Shown: one piece after another, positions 52,946-64,000 of the stretch
How positions within the stretch are numbered: the stretch's first letter is position 1
Layout of the letters: every line of letters begins with the position of its first letter
The notes under the pieces: generated by a model
What the model was told of the DNA's origin: nothing
Databases searched by the model: none
Seen by the model: only the letters and a program-made list of their open reading frames with translations
Position numbers and translations under genes: made by a program
Assembly (NCBI GenBank): GCA_951406725.2
Contig: OX597834.1
Location: 12,214,001-12,278,000, forward strand
Direction of reading: 5' to 3'
DNA from: Octopus vulgaris
Taxonomy: Eukaryota
DNA length: 64,000 nucleotides

Positions 52946-53462
52946 TACATATATACCTTGTTTGACATTTATGTGTTTACTCCGGTATATATATAAATCT
53001 TTATATGTCGGTATATATAACAATACAAATAAATAAATAAATATATACATATATATACATATACATTTGTCGTAAATGCGTATGCATGCGCATGGATAGA
53101 TATATACATAATGCTTTTTGAAGCTAGAAATTTGCATAGTTTCCAATGCGTGGTGGTGCTTACGTCATTATGTAAAGATTTCATTCCGCAGGTGGAAAAT
53201 TCGTATTGTTAGATGAAATCAACAAACGAAATTATTCTTACAAATCCATATTGCCAGAAAATTATGTTTACTACGAAATTTTGCTTGTATAATAAATTAT
53301 GTTAAATATGTGCATGGTTGTATCATACCTTCCTGTCTCTTGCTTTCGATTCTCTACACACGTAGTGTGTATTTGTGCGGATATGTACAGGATATTTCAT
53401 AAGAAATAATACAAAACGTGCAATATATTCATCACGACACTTACGTAATATTCAATGTGAAT

Positions 53463-53507
<45 letters not shown>

Positions 53508-53510
<3 letters not shown>

Positions 53511-53695
53511 CGGGAAGCTTTACGAAAATAAACAAAAGACGAAGGCAGGTGGAATACAAACAAACAATTGTATTAGTATAGCGCTCAGGAATATAAATAA
53601 AACAAGTCTCTTACGTTTCGAGCCTACGCTCTTCGACAGAAAGATACACAGCAAAGAAACACGGAGAGAAACAAGAAGAGAAAAAAAATGCGTGA
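53508..53695 (-). mobile_element. Penelope-type short element with a hammerhead-like motif (53607-53644)
   Basis: Minus strand reads tcttt-CTGTCGA-A-GAGCgtagGCTC-GAAACGTA-agaga; the 3' end abuts (TA)n. Confidence 0.75.
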
Positions 53696-53709
53696 TATGT
53701 ATACATATA

Positions 53710-53748
<39 letters not shown>

Positions 53749-53814
53749 AGAGAGGTTTGTCAATTCCCCCGTCAGACCAACTTATGCTGTATTAATATCA
53801 CATGTCCCACAAAG

Positions 53815-54190
53815 CAGCGGGCTGGCAGAAACGTTAGCACGCCGGGCGAAATGCGTAGCCGTATTTCGTCTGCCGTTACGTTCCGAGTTCAAATTCCGCC
53901 GAGGTCGACTTTGCCTTTCATCCTTCCGGGGTCGATAAATTAGTTACCAGTTACGCACTGGGGTCGATGTTATCGACTTAATCCCTTTGTATCTCCTTGT
54001 TTGTCCCCTCTGTGTTTTTTCCCTTGTGGGTATTTTGTCAGTTTTTGCCTTTTGTGTTGAATTTCCGCCGGAGGTCAAATTTGTTTTTCATCCATTCGGC
54101 ATCGATGAATTAAGTACCAGTTTCGTATAGGGGTCGATCTAATCGACTGGCCCCCATCCCCCCAATTTTCGGGCCTTGTGCCTAGTATAT
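53815..54190 (+). mobile_element. SINE family B tandem dimer
   Basis: A full copy to ~54030 is followed by a head-less, older-type copy starting ggtattttgtc. Confidence 0.82.
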
Positions 54191-54873
54191 AAAACAAAAA
54201 AGATATCCCATGTCCCCTCCCTGTTACCAAATACCGATTGTTCATTGCGCTATTTCTATAACACTCTATACAGATGCATACATTTCTCCATACAAATATG
54301 AATATTACTGTATGTGTGCTTCTGCAGAACGAAAAAGGATTTTTTGAAAAACAGATTCAGCTGTATTGGAATTTTGTCTGCAATAGACGTCAAGATAAAT
54401 TCTCTGCGGAAATGCATTTTCTATGATCACATTATCATCATAAAGCTCTGCTATGGCTACATTGAAATCATGTCAAGTCATGTTAAACCTAGAATATAAA
54501 TATTGTGCACGCAAATGAAAATCGAAATGAATAATGAAGATCGAAACGATACATGAGAAATATTACATAAGGCGTTAGTTTCTAAATCTAAGTTAATATC
54601 AGCCTGCGTAAGAGTTACTGAGTTACCATCCATTGTTTCACTACTAAACAAAAGGTCCGAACAAATTTCAACCTGTCGACATAAGTACAGTTTGTAATTC
54701 TCAGAATAATTCAATAAAGATGCATCTAGATGCAGGAAATGTAGCTTTCAACATTATCTCTAATATCATTACAGTCGTCCTCATTGCCGTTGTCATAGCA
54801 ATATTATCATCATCATTTCCTCAGCGTTTGTGTAATTAACGAGTCATTTACTTTTATCTTTTTATATATGATT

Positions 54874-55090
54874 CGATTCACTTCAACATTTAAGTTTAAT
54901 TTGTCAAAATATTTTCGTCGCTTTGAGACCGCGACCTGTTCACTGACAAATTAAACTTAAATGTTGCAGTGAATCGAACGGCTTTTGTGTGTTTCTTAAA
55001 TGGCTTACAAACCCCTTCCACGCTGCAATTGTTTAATGTTTCAGCACACAATCTCAGATCAAATCACTTGCTATGCAAGTACATCTCTGT
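54874..55090. mobile_element. Second copy of the 12279 element, with a 33-bp hairpin centred on the hammerhead-like motif
   Basis: cgattcacttcaacatttaagtttaatttgtca...tgacaaattaaacttaaatgttgcagtgaatcg, then ...cacttgctatgcaagtacatctc. Confidence 0.82.
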
Positions 55091-55130
55091 TAAGTGTATT
55101 TTATTATGCATATAATGTTGTAGTACCATA

Positions 55131-55333
55131 TACTCTTTACTTGTTTCAGTCATTTTGACTGCGGCAATGCTGGAGCACCGCCTTTAGTCGAGCAAATCGA
55201 CTCTGGGACTTATTCTTTGTAAGCCCAGTGCTTATTCTATCGTTCTCTTTTGCCGAACCGCTAAGTTACTGGGACGTAAACACACCAGCATCGGTTGTCA
55301 AGCAATGCTAGGGGGACAAACACAGACACGCAA

Positions 55334-55364
<31 letters not shown>

Positions 55365-55536
55365 CATATATACGAGAGGCTTCTTTCAGTTTCCGTCTAC
55401 CAAATCCACTCACAAGGCATTGGTCGGCCCGGGGTTATAGTAGAAGACACCTGCCCAAGATGCCACGCAGTGGGACTGAACCCGGAATCATGTGGTTGGT
55501 TAGCAAGCTACTTACCACACAGCCACTCCTGCGCCT
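55131..55536 (-). mobile_element. SINE family A, full length
   Basis: Complete copy. Confidence 0.92.
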
Positions 55537-56337
55537 ATTATGTAAAATGCACACCCCGAAGCAGGTTTAAATAATGTTATACCAGTTTGGTATTAAATAC
55601 AGTAGAAAAAGGTGAAAGCAAATCGAATTATTTACAGTGAATCAGAGAAAACCAGACCAATGAGATTGTATAGAAGCTGCATGAGTAACAATTATACGAC
55701 TCAGGTCTTTTCATCTTTATGTTAGTGAGTGCATGTGTATAAAGTTTGGAAACCATATCCCGGAAGTGTGTGTCTATGCTTAAACTAATTCCAATTCGTT
55801 TTACAACTTTACTTAACTTGTGTTCAAATATCCTAAAGTCTTGGACATGAGGTTCTTCAGACACTCGAGTGCTCCACATACATTTAAAGAGCAAACGAAG
55901 CGTAATGGCTTTTTCTATTAATTTATAGAAGACGTTTTACTGTGTTTCTGCTGTTGTATGAACTGTATTACCAAAGTCTTAATATAAAGGCTTTCAACAT
56001 TTATTTTGATCTTCATCTATAAAAGAATATAAACACGAAAGCGTTTCTCTTATTGTAGGAAACAATTATTTACACTATCTGGTTTTAAATTCGATACATT
56101 CTACTGCGAACACTAGAGACTGTATAATTTAGACACTAGAGATTCGGCAGACGTGAGGTTGAGCACATGCGATCAAGGGAGATAAATGTGTCAGAGTGAG
56201 TGAGAAATGAAAGAGGATATGTAGAATTTGTATGTGTGCGTGCGCTTGGCCGAATAAACACACACATACAAACATTGGCACACACACACACACACACTCT
56301 TACAAACACAGACACGTATATATATATTTGCATGATA

Positions 56338-56356
56338 TTATATATATATATATATA

Positions 56357-56406
<50 letters not shown>

Positions 56407-56655
56407 ATATATATATATGTATATATATATGTATATATGTATATATGTGTATATCTATATATATATATATATATGTACGTGTGTATATATGTGTATATCT
56501 ATATATATGTACGTGTGTATATATGTGTATATCTATATATGTACGTGTGTATATATGTGTATATATATATGTACGTATGTATATATATATATATATATGT
56601 ACGTATGTATATATATATATATATGTACGTATGTATATATATATATATATATACG

Positions 56656-56710
<55 letters not shown>

Positions 56711-56711
56711 G

Positions 56712-56758
<47 letters not shown>

Positions 56759-56956
56759 GTATGTATATATGTATATATATATATGTATATATATAGGTAT
56801 ATATGTATGTATATATATATATATACATATCTATGCATATATGTATATATATATACATATATAGGTATATATATATGTATATATATATATACATATCTAT
56901 GCATATATGTATATATATATACATATATATATACGTATATATATATACATATATAA
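56338..56956. repeat. (TA)n array with interspersed GTACGT units
   Basis: Direct inspection. Confidence 0.95.
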
Positions 56957-57374
56957 ACGAAATAATGGAACAAAGAGAAGGTGGACAAGGAAAAACCAGT
57001 AAACATGAAATCTATATTATTGCACTATATTTCGCAGAGAACACTTTCATCAGATCTTGAGAATGATAATTCTGTGTTCAAAGAATGAAAATCAAAGCAG
57101 TCTGTTCCTTAACACTCTCAGATAAAATATTCTTACTCACGCCAGTATTGGTCGCAGCACCAGCAACACAAGGAAATATTATAGTAGTACTGGTGCTAGG
57201 ATACATGATTTTGACGTTTCGCATACGTCACAATTATAACCCATCTCATATACTATTAGTATAGAAGATACTGCCGTTATTCTTATGGCGGCTATGCATT
57301 GTTATAATAATAATAATTACAATAATAATAATAATAATTGTTGTTATTATTATTATTATTATTGTTATATATAA

Positions 57375-58230
57375 TGGGGGTGACCTGGAAGAATGGTTAG
57401 CACGCTGGACGAAATGCTTAGCCGTATTGCGTCTGGCCGAAACGTTAGCACGCCGGGCGAAATGCGTAGCCGTATTTCGTCTGCCGCTAGGTTCTGAGTT
57501 CAAATTCCGCCTAGGTTTGACTTTGCGTTTCATCCTTTCGTGGTCGATAAATTAAGTACCAATTTACGCACTGGGGTCAATGTAATCGACTTAATCCTTT
57601 TGTCTGTCCTTGTTTCTCCTCTCTGTGTTTAGCCCCTTGTGGGTAGTAAAGAAATTATTTAAAAAGGCGGCGACCTGGCAGAAACGTTAGCACGCCGGGC
57701 GAAATGCGTAGCCGTATTTCGTCTGCGTTACGTTGTGAGTTCAAATTCCGCCGAGGTCGACTTTGCCTTTCATCCTTTCGGGGTCGATAAATTAAGTACC
57801 AGTTACGCACTGTGTTCGATGTAATCGACTTAATGCCTATGTCTGTCCTTGTTTGTCCCCTCTATGTTTAGCCCCTTGTGGGTAATAAAGAAATAGGTAT
57901 TTCGTCAGACGCTATATTCTGATTTCAAATTCCGCCAAGATCGACTCTGCCTTCCACACTTCCGGGGTCGATAAAATAAGTACCAATTGAACATTTACAG
58001 CGATGTAGTCGACTCATCGTCTACATCGAAATCACTGCCCTTCTGGCAATATTTGATGCCATTATTATTATTACTATTATTATTATTATCATTTCAAATA
58101 CCGCCGAGTTCTGCTTTGCTTCCATACTTTCGAGGTCGATAAATTAAGCACCAGTGAAACACTTGAGTCGGTGTAATCGACTTATCCCCTCCTTCTAAAA
58201 TGCTGGCCTTGTGCCAAAATTTGAAATAAT
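57375..58230 (+). mobile_element. Head-to-tail cluster of about four SINE-B units
   Basis: Units begin near 57377, 57665, 57897 and 58092, all on the same strand, within (ATT)n-rich flanks. Confidence 0.87.
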
Positions 58231-58921
58231 TATAATTATTGTTGTTATTATTATCGTCATTTTAAATTTGCAGAAACAACTTTAGTATTTTCTTGTTGTT
58301 TTCCATGATGTTAGTGTTATGATGCAATCGCTATTGTGATGTTAATATTAACTGCGTTGATGTAACTATGGCAAGTACAAAGAAAACCTTTTAACTGAAA
58401 ACAATACAAATATACATACAGACACACTGACACACGCATACACATGCGTATATATGTGTGTGTGTGTGTGTGTGCTTTGCATAATATTGGAAAGCTAGTG
58501 AAAACTTATAGCATGAATGTGATCCAAAACAATTTCATACTCCGCCATTAAATACGTACTGCTAGCTGTACAAACGACCGGAAAGAGATAATAAATATTT
58601 GCCCTCGTTGGCTGCAGATTACCTTAAAACAGGAGCTAAATAACTCATTCCAGTCGTAGCCAATATTATGGAGCAAAACTTTATTAGCAGACAGTTATAT
58701 GGCCGGCTTTGGAAAGTGGAGCCTCTTAAATTATACAAGCATTCGTGCATCTCTCTATCCATGTCTTTTACTTCTGCGACTCTGCTTATGTGTGTGTATC
58801 TATGTATGCAAGCTTCTTTGTGTATGCTGGTAACAAAGCTATTTACACGATTACACACATTTTAATGGAAAGCCCAAGACTGATATTTATGCTTCTCATT
58901 GTACATGGGGTTAAAAAAATG

Positions 58922-58969
<48 letters not shown>

Positions 58970-59004
58970 CTATATATCCTCATATGTGTGTGTGTGTGTG
59001 TGTA

Positions 59005-59097
59005 TACTGTTGTGTCTGGAGAGAGTAATTTTCTTTTTGTGACTTATTATATAACACACGAACTCAAAGAATCTTGCAAACCAAATCCCAAAACGAA

Positions 59098-59100
<3 letters not shown>
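59005..59100. repeat. Copy of the 3558/42310 repeat with its first half inverted
   Basis: tgttgtgtctggagagagtaattttctttt (reverse) is joined to aacacacgaactcaaagaatcttgcaaaccaaat (forward). Confidence 0.7.
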
Positions 59101-59139
<39 letters not shown>

Positions 59140-59164
59140 TAGTATGTATGCACCGCCGTTTGTG

Positions 59165-59214
<50 letters not shown>

Positions 59215-59700
59215 TTTGTGCAAGTTCCTCACACACATGCACTTACATACGTGAATCTGCCGTGCTAGACTAAAATCGTGTACGGGTTGCGCACTTATAT
59301 TCAAGTACTTTAGCTCTGAAACTAATCCGCCAACGTTATCCAAATTTTTAATATAATGAAACTATATTAAATCTTTAGTCTGTCTCTCACTCACTCTATT
59401 GTCTCTCTGCCTGTATCTCTCTCTCTCTTGTCATATATCTCTTCGACCCTTTATGTATGTGTGTACGTGTATGTGTGTGTAGGTGTTTGTATGCTCATAT
59501 CTGTATGTGCATATACATCTCTTTCGTTGTCAGTTCCTTTCTCTCCTTATTTCCCTCCCTCTCTCCCTCGTTTTGTGATTTTTAGAATAACAATTATAAT
59601 ATATTTAATTAATGTTTATGTGGCTATTATAGATAATATCGTTTCAGTATTGATTGAATAACTAAATAGCGGTTTGTCTCTAAATTATATATACATATAC

Positions 59701-59742
<42 letters not shown>

Positions 59743-60532
59743 GTATGTAGTAAATTTTTGATTTAGTGTGCTATATTGAATTTTTCCCTGTTGGTTTGGA
59801 ATTATTATATTCCCTAACTATTAATAATAATATTAATATATATATATATATATATATACATTTATATTTATATATATATATATAAATGAAAGAATGACGT
59901 GAATTTGCTACACAGGTATCGGTTAACCGAATTATCCATAATAAGATAATTCATTCAACTACTCAATTATATATATATATGTGTGTGTGTGTGTGTACGT
60001 ATATATATATAAAATATCTTATTATTAATAAATAGTAGAGGTTAGAGAGTGACTTTAGGGACTAGACATTCAGGAGGAGGGGTCATTAATTTATATAATT
60101 GCTTTCCCCTGGATTATTCTGATATAAATTATAAAAACAGTTGCGATGTCGATTTTGTCTACAAAATTGCCATTCATTACATTTGTCCAGACTACTGTGC
60201 AGTAGCACCAACATGAAGGCGAGCTGACTACAAATAGAATTGCAACCCACATTGCTATTTAGACAAATAATAATCGAAACTTCAATTGTACTCTTGACAA
60301 ATATTTCAGCAATAAATTTCGTTAATATTTTAGATAATCCATTGTAAATATCGATCTTACAATTTGATTCTGATTTTGCATTTATGTAGAGCGAAAATCT
60401 GATTTTATAAGGAATGTTACTTATTAGATTAGGAGATTTTTTTGCGCAGCCTAGTTCGTCAGCAAGTCCCAAAAGAAACGATAAATTTATTTATCTTATC
60501 AACAGTTAATTTTCTACTTTATTCATGTAAAT

Positions 60533-60872
60533 GATTGGTTTTCAACTGGGGTCTGTGAATTCCTATGTGGCTGATATATGATTGTGCGGGGTCCACATAT
60601 GCAAAATAGTAAATTGTGTTGACAGTGGTATTTTATGAGTCCACGAATAAATTTTACTGTCGATGTATTTTTTTGCAAGAATCAGCCATATTTCTTTGCC
60701 TGTCGTTTTACATAGTTCATTATACGCAACTGAATGCGTGAAAGTATTCGACAAAATAGGACATTTGAAAGAAGAAACTATTAAAATATGTTCTAAACAT
60801 CGAATGGCTATGGTGGTCCACTAGAATGAAATAAGAATCAAAGGTCCCATATATATAGAATGGCCTAGAACT
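60533..60872. mobile_element. Degenerate hAT/Charlie-like MITE
   Basis: ttggttttcaactggggtc start and repeated subterminal gg(g)tcca motifs. The right TIR is unclear. Confidence 0.4.
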
Positions 60873-60999
60873 ACAAACCGAAACGGGTTCTTAAATGCCG
60901 AAGAAAGAAATTATAGGAGTTGAACAATTTATAATTTAGCGGTTTTAATTTAAGCGTATCATATGTTATTTTTATCTATTTATTTACATTGTTTATATT

Positions 61000-61220
61000 C
61001 TCTCTCTCCTTTACTCTTTTAGTTGTTTCAGTCATGTGACTGTGGCCATGCTGGAGGACCGCCTTTAGTCGAGCAAGTCGACCCCAGGACTTATTCTTTG
61101 TAAGCCTAGTATTTATTTTATCGGTCTCTTGACGAACCGCTAAGTTACGGGGACATAAACACAGCAGCATCGGTTGTCAAGCGATTTTGGAGGACACACA
61201 CAGACACATATATATATATG

Positions 61221-61262
<42 letters not shown>

Positions 61263-61422
61263 TACGACGGGCTTCTTTCTGTTTCCATCTACCAAATCCA
61301 CTGACAAGGCTTTGGTCGGCTCGCGGCTATAGTAGAAGACACTTGCACAAGGTGCCACGCAGTGGGTACTGAACCCTGAACCATGTGGTTGGTAAGCAAG
61401 CTACTTACCACACAGCCATTCT
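61000..61422 (-). mobile_element. SINE family A, full length
   Basis: Complete copy. Confidence 0.9.
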
Positions 61423-61477
61423 TTCCCGTTATATGTTCAAAATGAATATAGAATAAATAAATATTCATGGAACCCAA

Positions 61478-61725
61478 GCATGGCTGCTTGATAAGAAGCG
61501 TGCTACCCAACCACATGGTACTAGGTTCAATCCCGCAGCGTGGCAACTTCCGCTATAATCTTGACCCGACCGAAGCCTTATGGGAGAATTCGGTTTGGCA
61601 AAAGAAACCGATATTACAAGAATATGACTTGCAAAGATACATCCCGGACTCGATTTGTTCGATTGAAACCCTTCAAGGCAGTGCTCTAGCATGGCCGCAG
61701 TCAAATGACTGAAACATAAGATTAA
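61478..61725 (+). mobile_element. SINE family A, older internally deleted copy
   Basis: Head gcatggctgcttgataagaagc..ccaaccacatgg and tail gcatggccgcagtcaaatgactgaaac. Confidence 0.75.
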
Positions 61726-62571
61726 AGGTAAATATTCCGTTGTAGCTCCTAGTTTACAAGTATACCTGCCGATCCTGAACATTCCACGATATCTAGATTG
61801 GTCTCTTTTTGAATAGGCGCCTGTATTTTCCAGCAGGCAGGCGTGCGTATCAGCGCGTATGAGTTTATGCGTGGGTGTGTCGAGAGAGGACGAGCGAGAT
61901 AGATGAAATCTATTTGATTTCAGGTATTTTAGGGATTATCACTTGCAGAATAGTGAGACCTGGATTTCATATCTATGCACCTCACATTCATAGTTATCAC
62001 ACCCTCGCAGCTTTACTTGATAACTGAAATATTTTCCCCGAACGAATGTACAACAATTCTGCTACATATCAGCATGTATTCGTAATTAGTTACTTATGAA
62101 ATTTTTTGGCTGAGGCTCCAGCCCACGCGAAACCGCTTTCTTTAAAAAATCTTTTTCGTGAGCTGTCTCTTGCAGAAGTAAATCCACAAGCAGCCGCGTG
62201 AATTTCTCCCTTTATAACGATGAAGAATACTGTACATCTATATGAATTTTTATTTTGGTAACAGAGTATTACCGTGTTTTTCAGTTAGCTTTGATTGACA
62301 TGTGTCTGTGAACAATTTCGGTCCACGCATTCAGTCATATTACATTCTTGACATCGTATATATGCGAATCATTATAAAAACATGTTTAAACGCATGTGTA
62401 TAAGCGTGTATATATTCACACATAGAAATGTATATAGGCTCGTTATATTATGTCAGTGCTTACATACACACAGGCACGCTTTCAATAGCGGGTAAAAGAT
62501 GAACGTTGTGTTCATGGGGAACATCGTTGCTATTAATAAACACCGAAGTGTTTCCTCTAACATTCTATCAA

Positions 62572-62725
62572 CAGCTGTGGTAAGTAGCTTGCTTACCAAC
62601 CACATGGTTCCGGGTTCAGTCCCACTGTGTGGCACTTCTGGCAAGAGTCTTCTAGTATAGCCTCTGGCCGACCAAAACCTTGTGAATGGATATGGTACTT
62701 ACCACACAGCCACTCCTACTCCTAT
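62572..62725. mobile_element. SINE-A head followed by an inverted head fragment
   Basis: gctgtggtaagtagc...gtgaatggatatgg, then tacttaccacacagccactcctactccta. Confidence 0.8.
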
Positions 62726-63006
62726 AATATCTTTTTTTAATATTTTACCTCATCTCCTTTTAAAAAAGGAAAAAGAATTTCACAAACACTTGTCTTATTA
62801 TTATTCTTAAAATAGTTACACTAATATGGTATAACGAAAGTAGGAAATACACGATGTTACTCATATAAATATTTGTAAAGGAATATATTCTAGGTGTCCT
62901 GGCGTCGTATCATGAAGAAAATATGAAAATATTTGAAATACATTTCAGCAGTTTAAGACTTTTTAGAAAAATTAAATTAATATAGTATATATATATATAT
63001 ATTATA

Positions 63007-63108
63007 TTACGGCCATATCACGTTGAAAACACCAGTTCTCGTCCGATCACCGAAGTTAAGCAACATCGAGTTTAGTAATATGATGGATGACAGCTTGGGA
63101 AACTTAGG
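63007..63108 (+). pseudogene. 5S rRNA-derived sequence (pseudogene or SINE3 head)
   Basis: ttacggccatatcacgttgaaaacaccagttctcgtccgatcaccgaagttaagcaacatcgag closely matches the molluscan 5S 5' half. The 3' half is degraded (gatggatgacagcttgggaa) and the 5S 3' end is missing. Confidence 0.9.
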
Positions 63109-63121
63109 CCTTTTCTTATTC

Positions 63122-63167
63122 AGGCAGTGATCCAGCATGGCCGCAGTCAAATTATAAACAAGTAAAA
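63122..63167 (+). mobile_element. SINE-A/CR1-type 3' tail fused behind the 5S sequence
   Basis: aggcagtgatccagcatggccgcagtcaaattataaacaagtaaaa. Confidence 0.8.
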
Positions 63168-63916
63168 TAAATTTAAAATATTTTGCGTTTTGCATTTTCC
63201 TCTGAAATATAGAAATATACAGTGATCCAATAGTTAAGTCATTTCGATCCGTCCTTCTCACGTTTGACGTTTTCTCGTCCGGTTTTTGCGTTTGGTCATT
63301 TGATCTGCAATAACAGTAGCACACGTACACAAGCGGACATTTAATTTAAAATTCTATTTGCATTTTCCCTTCAAATGACATGTCTCTACTGCTCAAAATG
63401 ACAGAAAAATTTTCACGAAAAAAACCCACGTCGATATCGAGACTGAATCCCTTTTGTGTCAACACGATTATGCATTACTATCTATTCAATTCTTACAAAT
63501 ACAATGGACACGTTTTTTTTTTTATTTAACTATACTTTTTTTTATTTCTTACCTCGTCTCCTTTAAAAAAAGGAAAGAGAATATTTTATGATCATTGCCG
63601 TTGAAGTAAAAATCATTTACAATTGAACATATAAGGACAAAAAAATCTTTTTTTTTTTCATTAAAGAGAATATTCCTATAATGGTACTAAAAGGAATTTA
63701 TCAAACTTGAAATGTTTTTTTTTAAACACTTTGTTTCTTACTTTTCCTAAAATAGTAAACATTAAGTGGCATAACGAAAAGAGGAAATATATTATGTTTC
63801 AAATAAACTGTTTTTAACTAACTGGTTTCAGGTGTTCTAGCGTAGTATCATAATGAAAAGATGCAAAATTATTAGAATACCTTTCAGAAATTAAACTGTT
63901 TAAATAAATATTATAT

Positions 63917-64000
63917 ATTTCTTTACTACCCACAAGGGGCTAAACACAGAGAGGACAAACAAAGACAGACAAACGGATTAAGTTGATTATATTTACCCTA
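63917..64000 (-). mobile_element. SINE family B 3' end (runs off the window)
   Basis: tttctttactacccacaaggggctaaacacagagaggacaaacaa. Confidence 0.85.

Larger units (their letters stand above)
62725..63900. repeat. Diverged direct duplication (62725-62965 and 63530-63900)
   Basis: Shared blocks ttacctc.tctccttt..aaaaaggaaa, aaaatagt...ggtataacgaaa, aggtgt.ct.gcgt.gtatcat. Copy 2 has ~140 extra bp. Confidence 0.75.

Noticed and set aside
60086-60472. 128-aa non-repetitive ORF on the minus strand
   Set aside because: No recognisable domain or convincing splice sites; compatible with chance.
63007-63125. Functional 5S rRNA gene
   Set aside because: The 3' half has indels and substitutions, the 3' strand of helix I is missing, it is a single copy, and it is fused to a SINE tail.

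Overview
This is AT-rich, microsatellite-saturated, non-coding eukaryotic DNA. The repeat families and the 5S sequence point to an octopus (coleoid cephalopod) intron or intergenic region; the taxon is an inference. I found no intact host protein-coding gene, and almost all supplied ORFs are (TA)n/(TG)n/(GAA)n artefacts. The window is a mosaic of mobile elements: three tRNA-headed SINE families (A, CORE-like; B, Meta-like; C), 3' fragments of CR1-type and R4/Dong-type LINEs, a mariner relic, non-autonomous Helitrons and a piggyBac-type MITE. It also holds several short Penelope-type elements with minimal hammerhead-ribozyme folds whose cores are variant. The most notable observations are: (1) a dispersed set of hammerhead-bearing short elements, some folded back into long palindromes at the ribozyme; (2) a 5S rRNA head fused to the SINE-A/CR1 3' tail (candidate SINE3); (3) giant 135 and 203 bp direct duplications flanking insertions; (4) modular and back-to-back Helitrons; (5) a SINE/LINE tail-mediated inverted duplication. 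Repeat boundaries were read by eye and are approximate.
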